Source of the DNA: Octopus bimaculoides
Lineage: Eukaryota
Reading direction: 5' to 3'
NCBI RefSeq assembly: GCF_001194135.2
Contig: NC_068982.1
Coordinates: 176,427,808 to 176,464,589, forward strand
Length of the DNA stretch: 36,782 nucleotides
In this document: in pieces, positions 1 to 9,515 of the stretch
Layout: the number at the start of each line of letters is the position of its first letter
Numbering within the stretch: the stretch's first letter is position 1
The notes under the pieces: model-generated
The model's database searches: none
What the model saw: the letters and a program-made list of their open reading frames with translations, nothing else
Told to the model about the DNA's origin: nothing
Program-made: the position numbers and the translations under genes

Positions 1-230
1 TCCGATCTGATTGTGAGATCATGGGCGTTGCATCGGGCGTTGCATTGTGTTCTTGAGCAAAGTACTTTATTTCACGTTGCTCTGCGATCATTTCTACATA
101 TGACATTTGGATGGAGAGAGTGAGCTTAAGTCTACACAAACATTTGATCACTATAAACAAATTAGCAGTGTGATTCTTTGGTAAGAAATTGCCGAACCCT
201 CATACGTCGTCTAACGAAGGGAGAGTCCAT
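1..230 (+). mobile_element. Degenerate tRNA-derived SINE fragment (same family as 35890-36200)
   Basis: 39-82 gttgcattgtgttcttgagcaaagtactttatttcacgttgctct aligns with the reverse complement of ~36088-36132 (gttgtgttgtgttctagagcaagacactttagttcacgttgctcc). Confidence 0.55.
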
Positions 231-237
231 TATATAT

Positions 238-356
238 NNNNNNNNNNNNNNNNNNNNNNNNNNNNNNNNNNNNNNNNNNNNNNNNNNNNNNNNNNNNNNN
301 NNNNNNNNNNNNNNNNNNNNNNNNNNNNNNNNNNNNNNNNNNNNNNNNNNNNNNNN
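238..356. other. Assembly gap (N run)
   Basis: N run after (TA)n. Other gaps: 18409-18777, 22976-23069, 23632-23731, 29688-30025, 34414-34821, all next to microsatellites. Confidence 0.99.
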
Positions 357-700
357 TTTCTTTCATCAGCTACCCCCGTTTTAACACCGGCGTTTCGAAG
401 AGTTGGGCAGGACGCATCGTTAAAACGGCTCTTCCCATGGACCACAAATTAGATTTGTATACACAAATTAAACCTGTGCCATGGAGGGATGTAGTGGCGG
501 ACAAAAAACGAGACAGGAAAACAAATGGAAAAGGCTATACGGCCAGACGTGAAAAATTATGTGTATATGAACGCTGTGAGGCACGAACTTGAAAGTGGGG
601 ACGAAGTAAGTTCGCGTGTGTGCTCGGCGATAGCCAAGGAAGAAAAGGATTAGTGACCGGAAGCATGTGACCATGCAGTGGTAAGGGAGGGAAAGAGACA
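357..700 (-). mobile_element. Penelope-like element (PLE) 3' end / pseudo-LTR remnant
   Basis: 357-435 is an inverted copy of 1135-1213 and carries GAAAC and CTGATGA on the minus strand. Upstream on minus is a pyrimidine-rich decayed frame (...RTYFVPTFKFVPHSVH) weakly resembling the P-x-G-L-N end of PLE GIY-YIG ORFs. Confidence 0.4.
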
Positions 701-780
701 GAGAGAGTGGTAGAGGGAGAAACAAAGGGAGGAAGTAGAAGAATAGGTAAGCAACGAGAGAAAGAGAGGAAGAGAGGAAT

Positions 781-910
781 ATAGTAGTACAGAAGGAATA
801 CGAGGGGGGAAAGAGAGAGATATAGTAGTAACAGAAGGAAGAACGAGAGGGGTAAAGAGAGGTACGTAGTAGTAACAGAGGAAGAAAGAGAGGGGGTAAA
901 GGTGATAGAG
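781..910 (+). repeat. Purine-rich imperfect tandem repeat, ~43-45 bp x3
   Basis: Unit tagtagta(a)caga(a)ggaa..gagaggggtaaag recurs three times within a polypurine tract (~690-910). Confidence 0.7.
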
Positions 911-979
911 TAGCGTCAGGAAATATAAATTTGAAATAACTACTTACCACATTGGTGACGCTGGCGTTCGGTCATGTAA

Positions 980-1381
980 AAACAAATAATAAATGCGTAT
1001 ATGCATATATACGTACAGGTATGTGCATACCTACGTCTACCTGTATATATAGGTGCATATCTGGGTACAGGACATTGCAAACAAAACGTAGACAAGAAAA
1101 TAATAATAACCAGAGTACAGAAAACACACAAGCCGGAAGAGCCGTTTTAACGATGCGTCCTGCCCAACTCTTCGAAACGTCGGTGTTAAAACGGGGATAG
1201 CTGATGAAGGAAAATGTTCTCTATGTGGCTTGTGTGTTTTCTGTACTCTGGTTATTATTATTTTCTTGTCTACGTTTTGTTTGCAATGTCCTGTACCCAG
1301 ATATGCACCTCTATATACAGGTAGATGTAGGTATGCACATACCTGTACGTATATATGCATATACTCATTTATTATTTGTTT
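980..1381. repeat. Long inverted repeat: 155-bp arms (980-1134 / 1227-1381), 92-bp spacer
   Basis: Manual alignment gives 152/155 identity. Confidence 0.95.
1135..1226 (+). ncRNA. Putative PLE-associated hammerhead-like / pseudoknotted RNA motif
   Basis: GAAAC-GTC at 1174-1181 and CTGATGA-AG at 1201-1209. Crossing helices gaagag/ctcttc (1136-41/1168-73) and ccgttttaac/gttaaaacgg (1142-51/1185-94) are both retained in the second copy at 357-435. Confidence 0.4.
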
Positions 1382-1689
1382 ATATATATATATATATATA
1401 TCGTGTTTTGCTTGCAAGCAATGCACAGTACCAGAATTTTCATTTAGAGCTAAATACAACCAACTACTCACATTCCTCGTTAGAGAATCCGCGTAAATGG
1501 AGTCAGGACAACCTTAGTATATGCTTGTATCAAGCCATTTCCTTTACGTTAATGAAGTCAAACCAAGTAATGATATTTTGAGAGCATTTGATACGTTCGT
1601 TTCATGTCTTGCGTAAAAATAATAGGAAATACATATTCAAATATCAAAATATGAACAACTGATGGAAATAGTTCTATACATACATACAT

Positions 1690-1830
1690 ACATACATACA
1701 TGCATAATGCTCGAAATGAGGAGCAGCTAGACAGCCGACAACTGATGAAGGGTGCTTTCTCTTTGTTTACTTATCCTGTTTTCCATTTTTTCTCGTTGAT
1801 TACGTATTTTACTCGTATGTTTACGTATTT
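1690..1830 (+). mobile_element. Second PLE pseudo-LTR-like fragment
   Basis: Same motif order as 1135-1260: tgctcGAAA ... CTGATGAAGGG, followed by a T-rich tail. Confidence 0.35.
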
Positions 1831-1882
1831 CATGTTATTTGCACCGATGGTGAGTCCTGCACCAACATAATCATGTATATAA

Positions 1883-1889
<7 letters not shown>

Positions 1890-1925
<36 letters not shown>
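1890..1925. repeat. (GT)n microsatellite
   Basis: Direct reading; followed by a GA-rich low-complexity tract to ~2150. Confidence 0.95.
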
Positions 1926-1929
<4 letters not shown>

Positions 1930-2349
1930 TTTTTCTATGGTTGGACTGTGGTAAAATCGGCTATAAATTTAGTAGGAAGGAGAATATGTACAGACAAGGA
2001 AGAAAGAGGGGAGATAGGAGTGAAAGAGAGAAAAAAGGAGAGAGAGAAAAAGAGAGATGGGAGGTCAGAGGAGGATTAGGAATATAAACAGAAGGGACGA
2101 GAGAAGAGAAAGGGAAGAGAGAAGAAAAAGGGAAGGAAAATGAGACAAGCGGAATGAAAGTAGACAGTTATGTTCGTAATGCATACAAAGAGCTCGAATG
2201 ATTAAAACTACGGGATGTATAATATAAAATGTCGCGGAGAAGACGCGTGAGTGCGGGGAGAAATTAAGCCACGTGTGGTTCGGATAACTACGATTAAATA
2301 AGAGCTATAAATATTTGGACTTGTATACATTACTGGTATCAATATTATT

Positions 2350-2581
2350 AATGATAATAAGCCTTTTTACTATAAGCCCAAGGCCTGAAATTTGGTGGAA
2401 GGAGACTCGTCGATTACATGCCTCACCCCTCCCGAGCAGAACTGGTGCTTATTTCATCGATTCCGAAAGGATGAAAAACAAAGTCGACCTCGGTGGAATT
2501 GGAATTCCGAACAAACAGATGGACGACATGCCGCTAATCATTTTGCCCGCCGTGTTAGCCATTCTTTCGAGCTCGCCGTTT
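2350..2581 (-). mobile_element. tRNA-derived SINE, family A (central gaggtcgactttgcctttcatcctttcggggtcgata domain)
   Basis: Reverse complement of the domain (gaaaggatgaaaaacaaagtcgacctcggtggaatt) and a B-box-like segment; (ATT)n-type tail. Confidence 0.9.
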
Positions 2582-2582
2582 T

Positions 2583-2590
2583 GAATAATG

Positions 2591-2633
<43 letters not shown>

Positions 2634-2670
2634 AAATTATAATTATAATAATAATATCAATAATAATAAG
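2583..2670. repeat. (AAT)n microsatellite
   Basis: Direct reading. Confidence 0.95.
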
Positions 2671-3120
2671 TACTAGAAAGTAAGAAATACAAGATGCTGT
2701 GGGACTTTCACATTCAGACTGACAGAGTAATAGAAGCTAGAAGGCCTGATTTGGTAGTGGTAGTAGTAGTCGTAGATAAAGAGAATAAAAAGTGCCAGAT
2801 AATTAACTTTACAGTCACAAATAATGAGGTATTGCTATTGAATTAGAGAGACTATAGAAAGTGTGAGTAAAATGTATCCCAGTAGTCAGAGGTGCATTGG
2901 AAACTATCCCCGAAGATCTGATAAGATGGACAGAGGAAATAGGTATGAACCCAGTTTAGTACGGCTCCAGAAAAGTATTAGGGACAGCTAGGATGCTTGG
3001 GAGGGTTCTTGGCATCTAAGGTAACCGAATAGGAGAGTTCTTGGCATTTAAGGCTAGTTGTTATAGCCCAATGTTAGGATTCGTTTCTTTTCCAACAGTC
3101 TAATCTGTTTAGTGCATATG
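2671..3120 (+). mobile_element. R4/Dong-like non-LTR retrotransposon, 3' fragment (RLE domain, decayed)
   Basis: Translates as KMLWDFHIQTDRVIEARRPDLVVV..DKENKKCQII, later PVVRGAL and GTARML.RVLGI*: a PD-(D/E)xK restriction-like endonuclease C-terminus. Flanked by (AAT)n on both sides. Confidence 0.85.
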
Positions 3121-3180
3121 AAAATAATAATGATGTTAATGATAATAATAATAATGATGATGATGATAATAATAATAATA

Positions 3181-3425
3181 GGACCATGTGTGCGGGATGG
3201 GCTACTCGACATGAAGAAAATTCTAACTGGGCCCCCACCTGCAAGATCATGCGCTGTTTATCTTGATATGAGATCAGCATGTCGCGCATATATGGTTGTG
3301 ATGCATGTACCTGGTGTACCCTTATCAGACGCGTAGTCATGATGTGTATACTGGGTTTCATATATTTTACCCCAGTGTCAATTTGATGACACACACTGCT
3401 CTCTCACTCAATAATAATAATAATA
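3181..3425 (+). mobile_element. SINE 3' portion, family B, ending in (AAT)n
   Basis: ...gtagtcatgatgtgtatactgggtttcatatattttaccccagtgtcaatttgatgacacacactgctctctcactcaataataat. Recognised as a recurrent cephalopod SINE tail from memory, not from a search. Confidence 0.6.
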
Positions 3426-3459
3426 ACGAGTATTTTAAATTTCCCTCAAAATAAGTTAA

Positions 3460-3900
3460 GAAACTTCCATATCTACAGTTTTCGAACCCACAAACGACCA
3501 GCTTCAGAAACTTTAACATCTACAACTTCTGTGAATACTTATCTATTCCTTGCTCCCTGAGTATTCGAAAATGTAAACATCTCCTTTATTCTAAGAACAC
3601 TAAAGTTTTCTCTGTTCGGACATACAAAAGATCATCTTTAGTAGATTTTAAAACTTTAATATTTACAATTTTCAGTGAAAATTTTACCCTCCTTTTCTTT
3701 CCTTTCCCTCCTCTCTGAGAATTCAAAAATGTAAACATCCTTTTCATTGCAAAAACATTACAGTCTTCGCTCATCGGACGTACAAACGAATATCTCCAAA
3801 AAATTTAAGAAGTTTAATATCTACAATTTTGTGTGAAAATTTTATCTTTCCCTTTTTTCCTGACTACCCGAATGTGTAGACATGTCTTTTATTGTAATAA
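3460..3900 (+). repeat. Old degenerate minisatellite, ~145-160 bp x ~3
   Basis: Anchors aa(c/g)tttaa(c/t)at(c/t)tacaa at ~3510, ~3653, ~3812, each followed by aaatgtaaacatc-like and tttatt/tttcatt-like motifs. Confidence 0.7.
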
Positions 3901-4534
3901 CACAATTAAATGCACGATAAAAAACATAAAAAAGTAAGGAAGTAAGTACTTGCCAATACATACAAACTGCAAAATTACAAAAACTGTAAATCACAGCAAA
4001 ACTAATAAAAAGAAAAGTAAAATTTCAAAGAAGAAAAATTCAGAAATTCAAAAATTCAGTAATTAAAAACACAAGGTGACTTGCTTCTTTTCAAGGCCAA
4101 GGTCAGAGCTCTCGTTGATTACTAGTAATAGTAAACACATTTGACCTCTGCTGACCCCAAGGGTGTGATGCCGCTTTTGCTTCCTTATCGCACAGGAATG
4201 CCCATTGGTGATCTCTTCACCCTCTGCCGAATCTATTTACAGTCACGTGGAATTTAATCTATTCGCCACGCTGTCTATCTTGCTCCTACTATTCCCTTAA
4301 ACACTTACATATTTATGATCATCTCAACCGAAAGACAAAAGTTGAAACTAAACAACATTCAATAATACCTTTATTAATAAATGGTAATAATGATAATAAT
4401 AATTAATTCGTTTTATTGGCCACACGGGCTAATTTAGCCAAAACACATGTCGGATCAGAGGAAATATTAACAATGACAAATAGTAGTAAAAAAATGAAAA
4501 TAATAATATTAGTGATGATAATAATGATAATGAA

Positions 4535-6361
4535 AGGAAGCGTTTCGAATCTCCCTATCCTGTGATTGATAATACATCTAGTGATGGTGTCACAAAAAAA
4601 AAAAAAAAACACTGGTAATTGCGCAACCTTATAATCGCTACTTAATGTCAGTGACAATGGAAAAACAAAATATGGTGAATAACGGTTGTAATGAAACCGA
4701 AGTCCTTGATGGTGACAGTGTTACATCCGGCAGGTCCAGAAATACTGGTCCGACTCCAGCCTGTCGTTATCCAGCAGGAAACCAGTACATACAGCATAGA
4801 CAGAACAAACAAATCAATGCTGTGGTCATAGAGTGTTACTTACCGAGAAGCCCAGTAAACGAAAATGATGTTCATCTTAGGGAATACCGTCAACGTATGT
4901 ATGATCAATGGAGAGAAAGAGGATTATTCCAACTCACGTAACAGATTATGTGATCAGGCTAGAGCAATAAGAAAAAATCGTTAGTTCACAGAAGTAGAGC
5001 TGGAAGCTATCAAAAGACGGGTATTGGAAAACAGCAGCAGAGGAAACGATGAAAATACAGTTCCTACTGATAAAAGTAATCTCATAGCAGAAAATAGAGG
5101 TGTATTCTCTAATAAACCATAGGAAAGGAGCAGTGATAGCTTGCTCGATGAGAGACATATAGATGGTTTTGAAGAAGACAATTAAACCAATGGTGACATA
5201 ACAGACGTGCAAAAGGCAATCTACGACAGCATAAAGGTAAGGCTACAGGAGAGCGATAGCGACATTATTTGCAATCTTAGAAAGGTTGATCGGTGGAAAG
5301 TGAACCAAGAAACGAAAAATGTCAATGAAAGTTTTAAATACATCAGAACACCACAGAAACAAATATTTTGATCAAGACAGTAAGTATTGTTGTTGCAGAA
5401 AATGTGAATATTGATGTCAAGAAAAATAAATATAATGGGAGTGACAAAAGAAAAGATGCCATGGCGGAAAATAAGAATACAGGAGGGGTTAGATATGCTT
5501 TCGAAGGACATTTCTGTGTTAGACCGAAAAGAAAGGAAAGGTGGAACTTAAAAGCGAACAAGAATACAGGGCACTGAACAGGAAGTATAATATTGAAAGA
5601 CAGAGCCTGAAACTGGTAATGGAGGAACTGAAACAGCACCTTGTTGCAAAGAAAGTAAAGATGGTAAGATACAACCAAAGAATGACGGGTTACCACCAGA
5701 ATAGGTTATTTAGAGTAGATGAGAAGAGATTCTAAAAAGAAATATATGGAGAGTGTACAGATGAAAACTCGATGCCAGATAACATTGAAAGTCAAAGGTT
5801 TTGGAGTGTTATCTGGAGCAAAGTCAAGGAACACAAGAAGGATGCTGAATGGTTGCAAGAACTGAAACAAACAGAAGTCTGTTCAAAACAGGCAGAACTA
5901 TTCATTTCAGTTAAGGAAGTAAAGGAAATTTACAGAAAATGGGCAACTAAAGGCCCCGGAACCAGAAGGAGTTCAAGGCTACTGAATCAAAAGATTTGGG
6001 AGATGTCATAAATGAATAGCTGCACAACTCAAAACCTTGTTAAATGCCGTCCATATAGCACCAGAGTGGTTGACAATGGGTAGGACAGTGCTGTGCATGA
6101 AAAACATCGAAAAAGGCAATACGGTAGACAATTACAGGCCGATATACTGCTTACCAGCTATGTGGAAATTATTGACTGGAATAGTCGCAGAGTCAATGTA
6201 CGGAAATCTGGAAAAAATGGAGTTCTGCCACATGAGCAGAAGGGTTGCAATCGTAAGTGCAGAGGTACCAATGTTCAACTCCTGGTAGACAAAATTGTAC
6301 TTAGAGAGTGCAAGAGGAGGAAAAGTAACTTAGCCATATCAAGGATCAATTATTGTAAGGC
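4535..6361 (+). mobile_element. R4/Dong-like LINE, 5' half (N-terminal domain to start of RT), pseudogenised
   Basis: VIECYL..SP....YRQRMYDQWRERGLF..QRLCDQARAIRKN; [37 protein letters not shown]; [35 protein letters not shown]. Many stops and frameshifts. Confidence 0.9.
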
Positions 6362-7355
6362 ACTCACAGCCCTCTACCAATATGACAATGGGATCGGTCG
6401 ATGTTTCACTTTAGGGATTTATAGAGGATTAATAGGGGGAAGTGCGACGACGTCATCGGGGAGACTCTTGGCGCCGACGCAAACGAACTGAATATTCTGT
6501 TCCAGAGGACTTTCCGGTCGGGAACTATCATGGATAATTTCCAGCTGTCCTTGACCTGGCAGTACTACCGTGGGAGTGCTACTGGTTCGAGATAAACTCT
6601 ATAGGCACGGATGTGATATCAGACTGGTTTGTCTAAGGTGCGTGCAGAGTGACGAAACCGTTCTGCACGCACTCGTTCAATATCCGGGCATTGCAGACAT
6701 GTGAGGAGGTTACGTCGAACAGCTGTTGTCAACGTGTGGAATGGATCCGTCTATCGGCCGAGTTTGTAGTGATGGACGCCCCGGCGCCCTCCTTCAATCG
6801 GGCAGGCAAGGCAGTTTTCCTCTATTTGGTGGCTGTGCCGAAAGTGGTTGTTTGGTGGACAAGGCTGAAAGGCATGAGGACAGATACATTCCTCTTTGGT
6901 AGGGCTGTCATTGACTTCTTCGAGTTTCACTTGAAAAGGAAAGTGAAAGTGGAGAGGGAAGTGTTGTCCTCGAGTGAGGTTAATGAAAGGTGGGTGAAAG
7001 TTGTGAAAATGTCAAGAGTGAATGGTACTTCTCTAAGTGTAGACTTGTGAGTCGGATAGAAGGAATCAGAGGAGGGCACTTGCTCTCGGTGTTCAGGAAA
7101 ATCTCTGACAGTGGTGTTCCTTGATTATCTCTAGAAGACATCCTGTATCAGGAGGGCTATATCTCTATCATCCTATTCTCCACCTTTTTGTCAACCTTTG
7201 TATACTATGTATATGCCCCTTTCTTTTCATTGTGTACCGTGTATGTTTACTTTTTTTAATTGTTATTTTGTCATTTCATTATATGTAAACCCCAACTCTT
7301 GATGTCTGTCTCTGTTTTTGTCTCTCCTCATTCTTCGACTAGTTGCAAATAAATG
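6362..7355 (+). mobile_element. Tx1/L1-clade LINE, 5'-truncated 3' fragment (ORF2 C-terminus + 3' UTR)
   Basis: MDNFQLSLTWQYYRG..VRDKLYRHG..CLRCVQSDETVLHALVQ (L1-type CCHC-like knuckle). Homologous to the minus strand of 9516-10440. Ends aaataaatgaaatc followed by (CAT)n. Confidence 0.85.
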
Positions 7356-7359
7356 AAAT

Positions 7360-7437
7360 CAGCATCATCATCATCATCATGAAGAAGAAGAAGGAGGAGG
7401 AGGAAGAGGAGGAGGAGGAGGCAACAACAACAACAAA
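7360..7437. repeat. Compound trinucleotide microsatellite (CAT)(GAA)(GAG)(CAA)
   Basis: Direct reading. Confidence 0.95.
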
Positions 7438-8233
7438 CTGGCAGAATTGTTAGCACCCTCTTGTCGCTACATTCTGAGTTCAAATTCCACCGAGGTCGGT
7501 TTTGCCTTTCATCATTTCGGGGTCGATAAGATATGTACGAATGAAACGCTGGGATCAATGTAATCGACTAGTCCCACAAAATTTCGAGCCTTGAGTAGAA
7601 AGGATTATAATTTTTTATGCGACGAACTGGCCTAAACGCTTAGCGGCATTTCGCCGGTCGCTACATTCCGATTTCAAATTTCGCCAAGGTCAACTTTGCT
7701 GTTTATCCTTTCAGGGTCGATAAATTAATGGCAGTGAAAGACTGGGTCAATGCTATCGGCTAGTTCCATCCTCTTCAGGTCTCGTGCGTTTTAATAGAAA
7801 GGATTATTATTAAGGCAGCCTGCTCGCAGAATCGTTAGCACGCTGGACGAAATGTTTAGCGGCAATACGCCCGTCGCTGCCTTCTGAGTTCAAATTCCGC
7901 CGAGGTCGACATTGCCTTTCATCCTTTCGGAGTCGATAAAATAAGTTCTAGGGAAACATTGGGGTCGATCTAATCAATAGCCCCTTCCCTCCAAATTTCG
8001 GGCTTTGTGAAGGATTATCATCATCATCATCATCATCATAACTCCGGACAAAATGCCTGGTGGCTTTTCGTACGTTTTTACGTTCTAAGTTCAAATCCTG
8101 CTGAGATCGACTTTGTCTTTCATCCTTTCGTGGTCGATTAAATACGTACTATTCAAATGTTACAGTTAATGTAGTCGACTTCGCATCCTCTCAAAAACTA
8201 CTGGATTTGTGCTCAAATATAAAGCGAGTATTA
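7438..8233 (+). mobile_element. Head-to-tail array of four family-A SINEs (~7438-7610, 7620-7810, 7812-8038, 8041-8233)
   Basis: Each has a B box (gagttcaaattcc-like), the central domain and a ggattatt-type tail. Copies differ from one another, so these are independent insertions. Confidence 0.9.
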
Positions 8234-8565
8234 TTGAATACGAATAATCTATAATTACACAAATAGAAAACAAAATCTACAATACAACGCATAAAAGAGT
8301 GAACACTACATTGTCAATTGATTTGCTAAATGTAGCAACCGAATCTCTGTCAGACCTGTTTCTTCGGTCTTAAAGCAGATGGAAACTTTGAAAGATATAG
8401 TTCTAAATAAACCATAGCTAGAGAGGAACACGGAAGGTAATGTCAGAAATACGTTTGTTGATGGGTGTGTTTAGTTGAACTACTCTGGAGCCAACGAACA
8501 CAATATAAGCTGCAAATTTACAATGGTGTCATTGTAATTGGTTTGATGTGGTGAATGTATAAACG

Positions 8566-8660
8566 TTGATAAAATAAGTAGCAGTTGAACACTTGGACCG
8601 ATGCGATCGACCTATTCCCACCCTTGAAATTGTGGGCCCTGTACCAACATTTTAAACTGA
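8566..8660 (+). mobile_element. Family-A SINE 3' fragment
   Basis: gataaaataagtagcagttgaacacttggaccgatgcgatcgac...tgaaattgtgggccctgtacc. Confidence 0.65.
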
Positions 8661-9344
8661 TATTAACTTACTTTTTACTATAAAATCCTAAGAATTATTG
8701 TGAATGTTTTGTCACCCGGGTTCCAGCCTAGGCCTGACACGAGTGTGTAAGATTTTATTTTCAATTTCCAAGCAAAGATATCTACATATTGCCTAATGGA
8801 TAACAATATCTATTTAAACCTGTCTCCGATATATTACTGAGTATTTCGGAGGACTTAATAACTGGGAAAGTTGCAGCCGATTGTTGATATATTAACTGTA
8901 TTTTGAATTGTTGCTGAAAGTCTCTTGTTTTGTAATTATATTTAGACGGATATCGATCTGGTTGATGTTTTCTTGTTAATGTTGTCAAGCTTGCAGGGAA
9001 AAGTGAATCTGAAGTAACAGGAAGCTTATAGTGGCGGACATACGTACTATTTTGTATTTTCATTCTCTTTGACCATCCTACAAACCAGAAGTCATTCATT
9101 AGCAGATACTAAACATTTCTGCAATAGTTTTTCTAAGGAAATTAATTAAGAAACTCGCCTACATTCCATAAAAAAAATAATAATAGCTATCAAACAGAAG
9201 TAAAGAGCAAAATATATAAGACACAAATGCAAGAAATCGTTAAAACATTCGTGGAAATGTTATGAAGTATTGATTTTATTTGATTTACCGCGACGGAGAT
9301 TTGCTAAACAACTACAGCAACAATAACAATCATAAACAACAACG

Positions 9345-9490
9345 ATAATGGTTTCAAATTTTGGCAAATGGCTAGCTATTTCAGAGAAGGGGCTAAGCTG
9401 ATTACAGCAGCTCCGGTGCACAACTGGTACTTATTTCATCAGCCCCGAAAGGACGAAAAGCAAATTCAACTTCAACCGAACTTAAACTCA
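9345..9490 (-). mobile_element. Family-A SINE, 5'-truncated
   Basis: ggtttcaaattttggc...caactggtacttatttcatcagccccgaaaggacgaaaagcaaattcaac. Confidence 0.8.
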
Positions 9491-9515
9491 GGAAAATAAT
9501 AATAATAATAATAAT

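Noticed and set aside
1135-1194. HDV-like ribozyme interpretation of the pseudoknot
   Set aside because: P1/P2 topology fits, but I found no convincing P3 or J4/2 catalytic C-containing strand; kept only as a generic pseudoknot.
2230-2315. CpG patch with CACGTG (2270-75) and TATAAATA (2306-13) as a promoter
   Set aside because: Followed immediately by a SINE and a LINE fragment; no downstream exon.
7438-8233. Repeat array superficially like CRISPR or a tRNA cluster
   Set aside because: Units are ~170-230-bp diverged SINEs without unique spacers, and there are no cas genes in this eukaryotic context.
8782-9099. 105-aa minus-strand ORF in non-repeat DNA
   Set aside because: No recognisable motif or exon boundaries; a length compatible with chance.
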